From contig JBNZDD010013660.1 in assembly GCA_050575255.1 (NCBI GenBank), positions 2,810,463 to 2,874,462 of the forward strand: a DNA stretch of 64,000 bases, written 5' to 3'. Below, piece by piece: positions 12,458-26,318 of this stretch. Under the pieces are notes generated by a model. It was not told the origin of the DNA, made no database searches, and was given only the letters and a program-made list of their open reading frames with translations. Position 1 is the first letter of the stretch. The number at the start of each line of letters is the position of its first letter. A program made the position numbers and the translations under genes. The DNA comes from Harriotta raleighana (Eukaryota).

Positions 12458-14204
12458 ATTTAGACTGAGGAATAGGAGACACAATATCTAAATTATGGGA
12501 AGAGTTGTGTCCCATGATTGTTAGGTGGTGGTGATTGGTATAAAAACAACGTTAAAGGTTTGAGTCTCACCAATCTTGAAAGTTGTTTCTTCTTACTGCA
12601 TGAAGACCCATAAAGTGTCCTGACTTTATATAGAAAGGCTGTCATTTTACTGTGAGAGTCACTGCTGCCTTGGTGGTAACATTTCAGTATCGCTCACTAT
12701 CCACCCAGAGGCCCAATATCAACTCAACTTTATAGTTCTAAATTGACTCATAATGAGCAGCTAATGAGATCATTAATGAATACAACAAAGGAATGTGATA
12801 GACGGGAAGAAAATACTGTCAATTTGGAGCTATTAGGGAAAAGAATATTTTACATAAATTGAGCTTTTCAGACACTTTGCACAAAATTAAGAGTTTTTAA
12901 TCTTACCTTTACATTTGAGATCATGGGAATATAAATTTGAAGGATTCTTCATGACGTTCAATTAAACTTTCTCTCTGCTACAAAGCGTCCAGATTAATCA
13001 ACAGTCAAGTAACGATTTCAGAGTTACATTCTTCTGCTGCTGCATGGGAACTGTCCACTTTCTGTTCTGTTCCTGTTTGTATGAGATTGCTGTCCCCAAA
13101 GGCAAGGCTGCTGCCAGTGCCAATGCAATAAACTAAAGAACTATTGCTCTTTTGCTTGCAGCTGTCACACAGACCAGCAACTTATTCCGAGCTATTATTT
13201 CCAGCAAGCTGCATTGTGTTAAAATTATTTCACAATTAACAATATTTGTCACACGGCTCAACTGTAATTTCTTTTACTCTCACATATTCCATTAATCCTT
13301 AATGTTGTTGATGTTTCTCATCAACACATTTTGCTGCTTGTCCAGAAGAAACATAATACAAAAGGACAGTTCTCACCACTCATGGGATTTCAACAATGTG
13401 CCTTGCTGTACAAAGTGCAACACTGTTGGAGAAGCTGGCTAGCAATTGAGCATCACTTATAATCCAGGCACTGATTTTTACATCAAAATTCCCAGTTCTT
13501 TCCCTGCTTCAGTATTGTGTATGTGCTGACAGTGAGTTGCTATTGTGTTGTAAAGAATCAATGACATCAAATGGAGGTATCATTAGATTAGCAATATATC
13601 TGATCCTACCATTGCAAGGTCTTAAACGCAGCCTCCAACACCCTTGTCGCAGTGTGCAATGTGTATTTGAACTGATACAAAATTAGAATTTCTGTAGTGC
13701 TCACAAAACAAAGCATCTGATTAAAGATTAGCTTTTGTAAAACTCTTGGGAGCATTTTACCTGTGCACACTGTCTATCATACAATGATATTGGGGGTCCT
13801 TGAAGAAAGCACAGACTGCAAATAATTTTGAAAACTGAGAAAATAACATTCATCTATTTCCTTTAAAATGCTTGGGTCTGTTGCCCTCATTTTGTGCACT
13901 CTGCCTCATTGCATTTCAAGGAACATTGATATAGCAAATGAGGTTTGGTGGATCAAATGTTCTGTTTGATGTTTTTAATGAAGAAACATACAACAAATAA
14001 ACATCTTCTAGGATATCTTGAAATATTCAGAAAATGTTCTTCCAATCGAAAAAGTTTTTCAATTTTAAAAAAGATCATCCTTTCATGTCAAGAGGACATC
14101 TCAAATCACTTCACAGGAAATATTATAGCAAATTACTGCAGTATGGGCATTTCATCTCTATTTTGGCACTAGTCACTGTGCTTGATGCTGTATGGTGATT
14201 TAGA

Positions 14205-14418
14205 ATCCGATATTCCCATTGTTAATCCGCGCCTTCGGCCATTATGCCTCGAAACGTTGAACTCTCCTCCCTCTCCATTTTCAGATCATGCTTAAATACC
14301 TTCCTTTTCACCTCCTCCTTCCCACCAGCTCTATGTCTGGCTCTGCCACTGTAAAGTGCTCCGAGACGCTACCCTGAGTGAAAGGCGTTATATAAATACA
14401 AGTTGCTATTGTTGTTGT
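14205..14418 (+). mobile_element. L2 LINE 3' fragment, different subfamily
   Basis: Tail ctgtaaagtgctccgagacgctaccctgagtgaaaggcgttatataaatacaagttg(ttg)n. Confidence 0.7.
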
Positions 14419-15237
14419 AGGAACACTGCCAGGATGAGCAACACCAGGATTAGTGGGATTCACATAGGAATGTCTGACCCTAAAGAATCTCTCTTGTTGG
14501 ATGTTGTATTAGGCAGACAATCCTCGGCTCATGGCCACTCACCTACTTTTCATTCTCTTCATTCTTCGATAATGGCAACTACAATGGAACCATGTGTCTC
14601 TTCCTTAGATGCCTTTCTATGCTTTATCAGAGCCACGACATTCTGCAGATTGAACATCCCACCTTATAGTAGTGCCATTCAGCTACCACATATACAATCA
14701 CTACATTTGAAGTAAAGTTCTTTGAGATGTCCTCCCAAATGCATCCAAAACAACAATTATTATTATTAAAATCCTAACTAACCCAGTTTACGGGCTTCTA
14801 GCACCAGTTAATTCCTTAAATTGATGCTTTTCCATAATGATTTTCAGAAACTACTTCAACATTCACGCTATTTGAAGTCGTTATTTGTGCATTAACATGT
14901 GGGAGTCACGTGGTGGGAATATTCAGTTAAAAACAATATTTGGTCCACCTACTTAGCAAAGCTGCCTTTTCATTCACTGTACCCATTATATTTGTTAAAC
15001 ATCTATATATTTATGTACTTGCCTCTCAGCTGGTTACCAACAAAAAATATTACACAACTACTGCTCCAGGGACCTGTCTCTGCCTCTTTTACTTCTTGCT
15101 CTGTTATCTAGAATTGTTTCCTGTGCTGTTTGCTATCAGTTTATTCTTGATTTTATAGATTGTTTGACTTTGATATAAGCATTTAAGAATGTGTATACTG
15201 TTAGCATACTAAATGTGTTCACTGCATGAGAGATGTG

Positions 15238-15600
15238 ATTTTGTTGAGTCAGACAAGTGTCTGACACTTGTGGAATTACCATGCTTTAGAGTAGACTATC
15301 GAAACCAGCCTGAGATTTCCTTGCAACCCACCTACACACATAAAGTTCCTGTGTTTTGGAATGGAATGTGCACTCTTCCTGGAGGGATGCATCCTGTTTC
15401 CCTAATTCCAGAGAGTATTAGGCAGCAGCAGGCAAGAGCCAAGACCTGCAGATTCCGGAGAGTGCAGTGGAATACTTGCTGGAATTTATCCAGCTAAAAT
15501 TCCGTAGCTTGCCAGTGAAAGCACTAGTGCATCTGGCAAGCTTTCCATTGCTTGTCCATCTAGGATTACTCTAAGCATGTTATCTTGGAGTCTGTTCAGC
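15238..15600 (+). repeat. Ancient unclassified interspersed repeat (CCAGCTAAAA family), copy 1
   Basis: Colinear similarity with 35515-36230, 40185-40760 and, in reverse, 29090-29550. Confidence 0.7.
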
Positions 15601-16029
15601 TCCAAGAAAATCTTAGTTACCTCCTCATACACCACAAACACCAGCCCCTCATCCCCCAACACCCCTTCTCACTTAAGAAGCTGATTGCCACCATTGTTAA
15701 ACTGTATTGCAATTGCCTACTGTAGACTACATGGAGCATATGATTTTTTTTCTGTAAATTGGTGATCCATTGCTTAAAATCTCTGCTATTTTTAAGTACA
15801 TTATTTTGTAAGCTGCTGTATAACACAATGATTAGTATTGTTATTGACAAAAGCTGTTTTAATATTTCAAAGCATATCAATAATCCTTGGATTTGACATA
15901 GTGACATATGTCATCGTGACATCTCAAAGTACTTCACAAAATGTATTTAAAAAGTGAGTTGACTGCGTATTTTGTGGATGAAACAGGTTTTGAAAAGTAC
16001 GGTATCGGTTAAAGGGCTATGGAAGGTAC

Positions 16030-16350
16030 ACTGATTAACTGAGATTCAATCTCTGGTGTATACATGATGTCCAACTGATCTCATCCAGGGTAACACTGAA
16101 GCTGCACATGTGCCCCAGTGCCCTGGATTAGGGAGAAGGAAAGCAGCCAGGGGTCCATCTCTATATCCCATTCATCGAGGTCTACATGTGTGGATGCTGG
16201 GTGTGGATGTAACTGGGTCTAGTTGTGATGTTCTGCAAGGATCAGTAATCTGCCAAAATTCACTGTCATGGTTCACACATGAACAATCCTCACTTGGATA
16301 AACTGCAAGAACACGAGGATGACTGGCACTAGGACATAAAACTCACTTAA
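16030..16350 (+). mobile_element. Old SINE-like repeat, second family
   Basis: Shares ggattagggagaaggaaagcagccagg and ggttcacacatga blocks with 33739-34090. Confidence 0.6.
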
Positions 16351-16684
16351 GTCTTATCAGTTGGGACCATAACATTTCATGACTTATGGATAGTCCGAGT
16401 AGCAAAAACCTTGTACTGTAGAAGCCGTTAAGAAATCCAATTTAGTCAATTATGTACACTGCAGATCACATATGTGATTCCACCCCACTGGTAAGTGCAC
16501 ATTCGGTGACTGGTCAAGACTAAATTTCCCATGATTCAATGTGTTTTGACCTGTCGCCACATGCACACAGACAAGAATAGCATTGTAATCGCATTGAATT
16601 GGGGGAATTGATGTGCTTCTGGGCATGCATTGATAAATCAAGGACGTCATTTCCCACGATTCAATACAGCCAGTGTGGGAGGGA

Positions 16685-16757
16685 CCCTGCCTGGGAATCA
16701 AACCCGAGTTCTCTCTCTTGCGAGACGAGCGTACTAACCACTAAGCTACAGGACTCC
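16685..16757 (-). mobile_element. Isolated tRNA-derived SINE head
   Basis: Reverse complement reads ggagtcctgtagcttagtggttagtacgctcg...gggtttgattcccaggcaggg; the normal body is absent. Confidence 0.75.
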
Positions 16758-17567
16758 ACATAATTGGAATCTCTTAACACAATTCATTGGGTTGAAAAAA
16801 CACACTTCAGGAAGTTTTAGCCCCTTTTAGGACCAAGTGAAGTGCCTCACAGCATAATCTCCACAGGGAATCCTTTGTATATTATGCCAATTTACAACAC
16901 CTTGGTTCAGAGATGATATCAGGGGAGACCCACGGTCTCGAGAGGATTGCCATACATGTATTTCACCAATAGAGCTGTCGTTTATTGTGTGGAAACCTTT
17001 TCTATTGGTGAAGAACCAGCAGTGCTACTGCTTTACAGGGGATTTTTGAAATTCTAATTATGAAGTACAATAAATAGTACCATCGTTACACTCGGTCGAT
17101 TAAATGAAAACACTCTGGTTTATGTGACTAGAAAGTCAATGGCTTACAAAAATATTCAGATTGTTGCTGAGAAACCTTACTGTAACATCCTTCAATATGT
17201 TGCTGCCTCATTTGGGTTGACAGCAAACCTGAGCTAACTAGAAGCATAGTACCCCCTACATTTAGTGTCGACTTGCCAGCTTCCTGTGCTGAAAAGGTGG
17301 CTGGCCTCCGGGTCCTCAAGTTAGTGCTGACATGATTTCTTAAGTACACATGCACCTATTCACAGGAAACACAATGAAATATCACTTCCTGTACATTCAT
17401 GAATAGCTACAGAGGACAAGAAAGCTGTGATACATAAGAAGCTGATTGCTACCTTTGCACATTTTGTTCACTAAGTAACACTAGTATATAAATGTAATTT
17501 TGATTGATTGATAGTGCATATCTATCACGAGATAGATGATAGATCTATCACTAGATCTATAGTGTGT

Positions 17568-17866
17568 GGGGTCCTGTAGCTCATTGGTTAGAGCTCTCGC
17601 TTTACAAGCATGAGATCTGTGGTTCGAATCCAGGCAGGTCAGGGCGAAACCTTGGGCAAATTTCCTTATTCCACACGCCTAATAATAATCCGTTCAAAAA
17701 AACCACAATGATAAAATTGGTCATTTCACTCCATGACTGTTTGTGGGATACTGTTGTGTGCAATTGGCTGCTGCTTTTCGTGTTTCAATTCACTTTACAG
17801 TATATTCTGTGAAGACGTCTAAAACACGTGAAAAGCGCTATATAAAATGGAAGGATTACTATTATT
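17568..17866 (+). mobile_element. Near full-length young tRNA-headed Deu-domain SINE
   Basis: A box (tagctcattgg), B box (ggttcgaatcc), Deu-like core ctgtttgtggga...aattggctgc, L2-type tail and (ATT)n end. Confidence 0.9.
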
Positions 17867-19191
17867 GTGATTGCACAACATACAGGAAGTGATACACGCT
17901 TGCAATACTATGTATATACGGTGAGCACAAAATATATAGTCAATCAATTTTACAGTATATTCCATGAAGTACTTTGAGATGTCTCAAAGACTTGAAAAGG
18001 CTCCATATCAAATGCAACGTTTATTTTTTATTATAATACATCGGAGGTGACATTAGCAACAGACCTAGATGTGTTAATTAGCTTTATGTTTAGCTCTAGA
18101 ACCTGGCTAGTGTTTTGATGTCAAACGATATAATTTGAAGATAGACAGACAGTTTTCTGAGAACATTTGGATTGTTTGCTAATTAAATGCAGTATTGGGA
18201 TCCACGCTCCAATGAAACTATAAGCAAAACCCAAGTTATGATAAAACATGTTACAAACGGTTTCTACTGTATTCTCCTTGTGAGCTAATTTGTGTTACAG
18301 CAAAGCATACAACAACAACTTGCATTTACCTACCACCCTTCATGTGGGGTAGCAGCTCAGATCTCTTAACAGTGAATATAAGCACGGTCAAAGAGAAAAG
18401 TCTTCACCAGTGATCTGAAAATGGGAGAAGACGGGCAAGGTGGAGGGATGTGTTCCAAAGCTTCAGGATGTATGATTGAAAGCACAGTTGTTGATGGTGG
18501 AATGGAAGGAACAGTGGGGATATAAGAGGCCGGAGCGAGTGTATGGAGTGTTTAATCTGAAAATGTATTAAATAATGTGTAGAGAATTTGTTAGTTATTC
18601 CGGCTCTTTTTACTAGCAACAATAAATCAATCCAAACATTCATTTGATATTCTGAGTCTGATATATTTTCTGCCTGCTAGGATACAAACCATTTCATGTG
18701 ATTGATAACCCTGGCATAACTAAATTCGATTTACTCTTCTCTTCCCAAATTGTCTTCTGTCATCTTCTCCAATTGTGACAAGCATAGATACGTATTGAAA
18801 GATGCCAGATAGAAACAGTAGCGAATTCCACCTGCAAGCCAACCAGTTTAAACACTCCAAAATTCATTTTTAAACAGGGAAATGGAAATGGAGTATTGAA
18901 TCAAAAATCCAACTTTAGTTTAAAATCTCTTCTGTCACAAAATTCAAATCAGTACATTTAGAAAGAAATATAAATTGTTCCCTTTTCAATATGCTCAAAC
19001 TACAGCATTGACAAGGTTATTTATCTGATTTTTCGTAGTCTTGAACTAAATGAGAATATGTGCCTTCTTTCCACATACCTCTGATAATTGTACTATTTCC
19101 ATATTTAACAATTCATTATGAATAAGACAATTCCAGTATTTCTCCTACAGTTACCCACAGTGTGTTTGATTCCATTCTTAGAAGGTAATGA

Positions 19192-19479
<288 letters not shown>

Positions 19480-20304
19480 TGAATAACAGTAATTGCACTT
19501 ATTTTACAATGAACAGGTTAAGCAATATTGCTCTTACAGTTATGATCCTAGCATTTGATATAGTGCCTTTCATGTCGAGAGGACCTCTCATACCTCTTCA
19601 CAGGATTTTCTGACTGTGATTTGTAAGCAAACGCAGCAATCAATTTTCACACGGCAGTTTCCACCAGCCAACCATGAAATAAATAAATAACTTTACCTTG
19701 TGACTGTTGGCCAGGACAACTTAAAAGATGTAAGGGTTACAATCTTAGCAGAGCTTCTGTTTTCCTTTCTGTTATACATGTAAAATAATTATTACTTATG
19801 GTTTACATTTCATTTCCCACCGGGGAGAAACAGCTTGATCTTTCATGAATCCACATGATGTTGCACTACCATTGCTAGAATTTGTTTGTTCCATTACAAA
19901 CTTTTAGTTTTATAAAATCGAATTTAATGCACACTATTGAGTCCACCTACAAAATACGGTTGCTATAACTTTCAAAATTCTTGTGAAATGGTTTTAGATG
20001 CCCTCCAGATGTCAAAGGCACTATTTCAAACATGAGAATTATTATTATTATTAATTGCCATGTTTACAGATGAACGGACAGTGACAAATTACATTTTCTC
20101 AAGTGTGGTAAGTCTGTCATTCTCAATTAAATTTTATTCTCTAGAGAAAACACAAAAAAGACAAACAGTGAATGTTGGAAATCTGAAAGAAGAGGCGAAA
20201 TGTTTGGAAATGTGCAGCACATTGATTATTGCTTTGAGTTTGATGTTTCACACATTCCATGTAAGCAAAAGGTCACACCCAAACATCAACCTGTTTCAGA
20301 TACT

Positions 20305-20718
20305 AATCAACAAGTTAGGACTTTTCCCATTAGAGCAGAGAAGATTACGTGGGGACCTGATAGAGGTCTTCAAGATCATGAAAGGTTTCGACAGGCTAGA
20401 TAGGGAAAAGCTGTTTCCGCTGGTAGGTGTGTCTGTGACCTGTGGTCACAGTCTTAAGATATCTACCAAAAGAAGCAGAGGGAAGGTTAGAAGAATTTTT
20501 TTCACTCAGAGAGTTGTTCGAATTTGGAATGATCTGCCTGAAAGCAGCTTTTAAGAGAGAACTGGATAGGTATCTGGGGAGGACAGGCTTGCACGGTTAT
20601 GGGGAGAAAGCTGGTGATTGGGGTTAATAAAAGTGACATTGCTCTGTCAAAGAGCCAGCACAGACTCGATGGGCTGAATGTCCTCCTTCTGTGCTGTAAC
20701 ATTCTATGATTCTATGAT
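20305..20718 (+). mobile_element. CR1 LINE 3' fragment
   Basis: KLGLFPLEQRRLRGDLIEVFKIMKGFD...FFTQRVVRIWNDLP is the CR1 ORF2 C-terminus; ends in an (attctatg)n tail. Confidence 0.95.
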
Positions 20719-21199
20719 AACATGCTGTGCATTTCAGGCATTCACTGCAATTTGTTCATTTATATTTCTCCTTCATTTCTAAATGAATTTTCCAATCTCA
20801 TTATCTTTTAAAAATCAAACAATTGAAGTATTGAATTTGATCAATTGTAGTCTGCCTTTAATGTAATTCACAAACTATTGATACATAATCCAAATTTGGA
20901 AATAATCTCAATGGCTTCTATATGTTTCATAAAATACTAAATTGATGCTTTTTTAACAAAATCAATAAGAAAATTACATTTAAATGTGTTTTTCTATACC
21001 TCCCTGCCGCAAGAAAATGAATCTAACCTTTCAAATCTCAACTCTGGTTGTCCTATGAATCCAGGCACGATTGTTAATAATGAAATGTTGTCCAGAAAAA
21101 CCTGTTTGCATTTGAAACATAATTAAATAAACATGACTCTTCATTGACTCACACTAAAAGAAGGGATTTTATAGGAAGGGTTTCCCAGGTCACGTACCT

Positions 21200-21663
21200 T
21201 CAGGAATAATAAGAAAGTATTGTTTGCATTTTACATAGCGCCTTTCATGTTAGAAGGATGTCTCATCCAAAGTGTAAAGTGTGGTGACCACATTTTTTGA
21301 ATGAACTCAGCAGCCAATTTGCACAAAACAATGTCCCACAAACAGCAACAAAGTGAAAGAATAAATGATTCATTTTACTTCAAAAACTCTTTGCCGTGAC
21401 ACTGCGGCAGAAACTCTCTTCTCTTTTCACTTAGTGCCAGAGGATCCTAAATATATCTGTGGACGAAACGCGGAAGCAATTGTGCACAGCAGTGTCCCAC
21501 AAACAGTTGTGGATTGAAATGCCCAATTTATTATTTTTTAATGAGGGATTATTATCAGGCGTGTGGAATAAGGAAACTTGCCCACAGTTTTGCTTTATCT
21601 GGAATCGAACCCAGGTCCTTCGCTTGCAAGGCAAATGATCTAACCACTGAGCTTCAGGGCTCC
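21200..21663 (-). mobile_element. Two adjacent Deu SINE fragments (older ~21200-21450; younger, with tRNA head, ~21455-21663)
   Basis: Reverse-complement match to the SINE tail, core and head. Confidence 0.8.
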
Positions 21664-23098
21664 ATATGGCTGATAGTGCAGTTGAAATTTATAACAGCAG
21701 TCAATGCAGGTTAAATGTGATTTAAACCCTAGATTCCAGGAAGGATAATGATCCTGGGAAGAGTACATTTTTATTACTGCTACAACAAATTGAAACTGTG
21801 ATTGAAGATCTCAAGGCCGGTTTTGAAGATGGCTGGGAGGGAACAAACTAGAGGGACTCTGTGATAGGATTCCAGTTACTGGGGCAGTATGGCTAATGGC
21901 TCAGTGAACTGATGGTGGAGTGGATCAGATAGATGACATTAAAGTGGTCTAAAGTTAGCTGAGTGAAGGGAGCAAATGAGACAGTAACGTTCACAGGATG
22001 TCATCGAGATAGGGTGGGGCAAGGTTATAGAGGGATTTGAGGACGAGGTTGTTGAATCCAGCCCACAAAAGTATTGGCGACCAATAGAGCTGAGCCAAGA
22101 GATTTAGCAGCAAAGCCTTAAATTCTAGTTAAAATAATAAAAATGAAGACAGTGGAGGAAAAGAAAAAATAGAGCAAGGCAGAAGGCAAAAAAGCAATGT
22201 TTTTTAACTATTGAATGTTTTCATGCATATTTTTACATAAGTAAAAATCCCTCTTTTAATTGCTGTTTTACCATCACAATGAGTGAGCTCAAAATTGGAA
22301 AACATTCAACTCCCCTAGGCCTGGATCTAAGGGTTAACTGACATTTATCTTGCAATGTACCTACTGCTGCAAGAAATTAACATTAAATGATGTGATGAAA
22401 GTACTGCAAGCTGCACAAAACCACAATTGCAGAGGTACAGAAAATATCTGTGGGTTTTCAGCTACACTAATTGCTTGATTTGATTTCTCAACTGATAACA
22501 GTACCTGTGAACATAATATGATCAAAGAGTCCAGAACAAAATGATCTACTTTGCATTCATTGGACAAGTACAAGAGAGTTATCTGTAAACAAAAAGGCTT
22601 TGGATTGTAATTAAATACATGCACAGCTTTTCTGCCTCTGATATAACATATGCTATTTTTTCACAAAAGCACACAGGGGGGAAAAAAATTCTAACGGATT
22701 CAGAGGTCGAAAGTTTCCTTCAATCTTAATCTAAGAACAACACTTGAAAATTTAGGATAATTTAGAATCTGGTAAAATTTAAAATACATTGTCAATTTGG
22801 AAACGGTTTTTCCATCACTCTTTACCACATGCACCTGTCATAACATTAAGGAACCTTTATATAAGATTAAGTAGCCTAGGAAACCAACAGGGAAATCTAA
22901 AATCCAAGATCTTTTTCCCTACGCATCACTTGTGGCATTTTACCCTGCCTTTGAATTTCCTGGTTAAGATTCTCTCCAATGCTTAGAGTTGATCTTTCAA
23001 GATAGCTTTTATCAGGCAAAATTAACATCCAGTAAGTTGCTGGAGGCAAACTTGACACTAACCCACCAGACTATTTCCGGGTTACTGGACTCCAAGAT

Positions 23099-23727
23099 CA
23101 ACAACAATAACAAAATTACACTTATAGCCTTTCATGTCTGGAGGACGTCCCAAGGCGCTGAACAGTTAAGTCGGGACCCAAGCTGGAGGGTGGGGTGGGG
23201 TCGGCATAGAGGAAAGGAGAGTAGGAGAGGGGGGATAGTTAGGAGGGGAGGAGAAGTCATGGTCGAAGAGGAAGGTCTTGAGACCAGCCTTGAAGGAGGA
23301 ATGGGAGAAGGCGAGGCGACAGGATTGCAGGATGGAGTTCCAGAGTGTGAGGGCAGAGAGGCTGAAAACCCAGCCACCGATGGTAGGGCGGTTCGGGCGG
23401 GTGACATGGAGCAGGCCATAGCCCGCTGAACGGAGGGGATGGGTAGGCTGATAGGGAGATAGCAGGTCGGTGAGATAGGCGGAGGTAAGGCCTTGAATAG
23501 TCTTGAAAGTGAGGACGAGGATCTTGAATTCGACCCTCTGGGAGATGGGGAGTCAGTGAAGACGAGCAAAGATGGGAGTGATGTGGTCAAGGAGCCTAGT
23601 GCAGGAGAGCACACAAGCTGCAGAGTTCTGAATAAGATGCAGCTTGTGAAGGGAGGAGCTGGGAAGGCTGACGAGGAGAGCGTTCCTATCGTCGAGCCAG
23701 ACATGATGAATGCGTGGATCAATTGGT
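23099..23727 (-). mobile_element. L2 LINE 3' fragment
   Basis: IHAFIMS...NALLVSLPSSSLHKLHLIQNSAACVL remnants and the L2 tail. Confidence 0.9.
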
Positions 23728-24439
23728 CCTAGACAGTTTTCTGTACCCATGTCTATATGTTGGACAAGCTTCCTTCCTCCACATGCCTGATTACCTAGCA
23801 GTTAGTTGATTGGTGGATCACTTCAATCCACTGTTGGTGGGACACTGCTGTGTACAACTGGCTGCCAAGTTTCGCCCACAAAATAGACAGTCAATTCACT
23901 TTACAGTGTACTGTATTCTGGAAAGTGCTTTGAGGTCTCTCAAATCATGATAAGGCACCATGTAAAGGTTGTTAGTTATTTGATCCATCCTTTGTGAGGT
24001 TGTTCGAAATTTGGAGTACCCCCTAAGTTTTACTCAAAATGAAATGCAACCCTAAACAATTGCTCTCTTGTTTTGATGCCTTGTCGCATCCAAAAGTAAT
24101 GTTCTGGGTTTCATTTCTCAATCCCATTTAAAATTTATACAGAGCTTATGTATAAGTGCCCTTTGAGACATCTGTTTTCATGACTGAAGAACTCTAGTTT
24201 GTTGAATAGATACACACAGCTCATTTCTCTGAGGATTATCCTTGTTGCTTTCCTCTGTGTTATCTCTAGGGTCTGGGTAGCCTACCAGAACTGTCCTCCA
24301 GATCACTGTGCACCTTTTTTGTGACTTCAGGGAGTCTGAACTCAACTGATTTAATAATATAGCCCAGCTTCTAGTTTTTCTTGTTTACTGCAGCCTGTTT
24401 TGACACGGTGATCTATGCGTCAACTAACAGCTCTAGATC

Positions 24440-24900
24440 TCTCAGCTGCCCCTTGGCAAGTTTTATCTCTTCCATGGAGTAACTGTACATGTATTTCCTA
24501 TTTTACTTTCCAAATGCAATACTTGCATTTATCTGTGTTGAACTCCACATTTGCCAGTCATCAGCACATGTGCATACCATATCAAGCTCTCTTCGTAAGA
24601 TCTTTACTTCTCCTCTGATGTACAGTTCCCCCAGTGGTGATATACTCTCTCATAATGCCTGTCAGTGCTACACATATCTGCTACTTTGTACTCTCTAAGT
24701 ACCCCAGGATACAGTTCAACTGTCCCAGGGGATTTGTTAGTTTTCAGTCCCTTAAGCTTATGTAGAACTTCATCCTCACTTATGTCAAAGTCCTGCAGCT
24801 CAAACCACGTTGAGTGAATGTTGGAAGACATAATTTTAGAGTCCTCTCTGGTTAAAAACTTCCAGTAAGTAGTCATTGAATATATCCGCGCTCTCTGGAA
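24440..24900 (-). mobile_element. Degraded CR1 ORF2 internal fragments
   Basis: ISEDEVLHKLKGLKTNKSPGTVELYPGVLRE matches the KSPGPDGxxPRVLKE region preceding the CR1 RT. Confidence 0.8.
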
Positions 24901-24944
24901 CATGCTCTTTTTCAACCCCTTTTGAGTCTGTTCGGGTTTAAAGT

Positions 24945-25365
24945 CCCTAACACCTTCAAGGCCTTGCCCCCCACCTACCTCTCTGACCCGCTGTCCCCCT
25001 ATGAACCTTCCCGCCCCCTTCATTCAGCGGTCTGTGGCCTGCTCTGTGTCCCCCAGCCGGACCCACCCTACCCTACCATCAGTGGATGGGCTTTCAGCCT
25101 TTCTGCCCCACATTCTGGAACTCCAGCCCACAGTCTCTTCGCCTCGTTCCCTCCCTCACCTCCTTCAAAGCCGGTCTTAAGACCCTCCTCTTCTATCCTG
25201 CCTTCTGTTGCCCTCCCAACTCTCTCCCTCCCCTCCTAACTCTCTCTCCCACCCTTCCCCCCTACCCTGCCACTCTTGCTCGGGTCCCGACCTGATTGTT
25301 CAGGGCCTTGGGAGACGACCTTTGACGTGAAAGGCACTCTACAAATGTAATTTTGTTGTTGTTGT
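24945..25365 (+). mobile_element. L2 LINE 3' fragment
   Basis: TFKALPPTYLSDPLSPY...AFSLSAP remnant and (TTG)n tail. Confidence 0.9.
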
Positions 25366-25509
25366 TTAATGTCTTCCCTGACTATCCTCTTACTCTTATA
25401 ATAATGAAAGAATATTTCAGCATTATGTTTTATCTTTGCTGCTATATCTTTCTTGTTTTCGCTTGGCTCTCCTAATCTTCTACTTCACCTCTCTCCGCAC
25501 CGTATTGTA

Positions 25510-26318
25510 CAGTAAAACCCTGATTATCCGGCACCCATGGGACCTGGCCAGTGGCGGGTAAATGGATTTCCGGTTGGATGTTTTTTTTAAAATTACAATT
25601 ATTTTTTTTAAATTACAAATTATTTTAACACATACTATATTAATAATAGACTAAATAATAACAAAATATTGTATTAGTATATTATTATTCATACTTAACT
25701 TCGCAACAGCAGCACTGATTCGACAGAGATAAAACAAACGCAACTTTTATAAGGAGCAGCAGCGAGTTTAGACCTGACTATCAGCCAGCACACACATACA
25801 CACACACACAGACAGACACAGACAGACACACACCCTCAAAGATATACAGTCTGAATCTATCATATAAATTCTGTCCACAACCCTCACCCCCTTCCCACTC
25901 CCTTTCCTCTCTCTCTCTCTCTTAGTCTGCATCATTCTTTCTCTCTCTTGCTCCATTATGCTTTCCCCCATCTCTCTCTCTCTCCCTCATCTCTCCATCC
26001 CCACTACCCTCTCTCCCTCTCTCTCTCCGTTTCCTCCATTCCCCCACCTCCCCACTCCCTCCGTCCCTCTCTCTCTGGCCATTACTTGCAGCAGTCTTTA
26101 TTATGTATACAGTACTTAACTTCGCAACAGCACCATTCATCCGAACGAGGTAAAAAAAAAGATTTTTAAAAGGAACAGGAACGTATTTAGACCCGACATT
26201 AAACGCATCATCACTATTCGCCGGATAACTTCCAGTTAATAGAATCGGGACTTTTTTTGAGATGGCGGTTGAACGGGTTTTCTGATTATTCGAGTCACGG
26301 ATAAACAAGGTTTTACTG
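25510..26318 (-). mobile_element. CAGTAAAA-family MITE, long GA-rich form (copy B, complete)
   Basis: TIRs cagtaaaaccctgattatccg / cggataaacaaggttttactg with TA on both sides (25508-25509, 26319-26320): Tc1/mariner, pogo/Tigger-type. Confidence 0.9.

Noticed and set aside
17568-17645. tRNA genes (also ~6710, 10120, 16690, 21600, 38860, 48490, 54890)
   Set aside because: These are SINE heads: the anticodon-loop sequence varies between copies, acceptor stems do not pair well, and most are followed by the SINE body.
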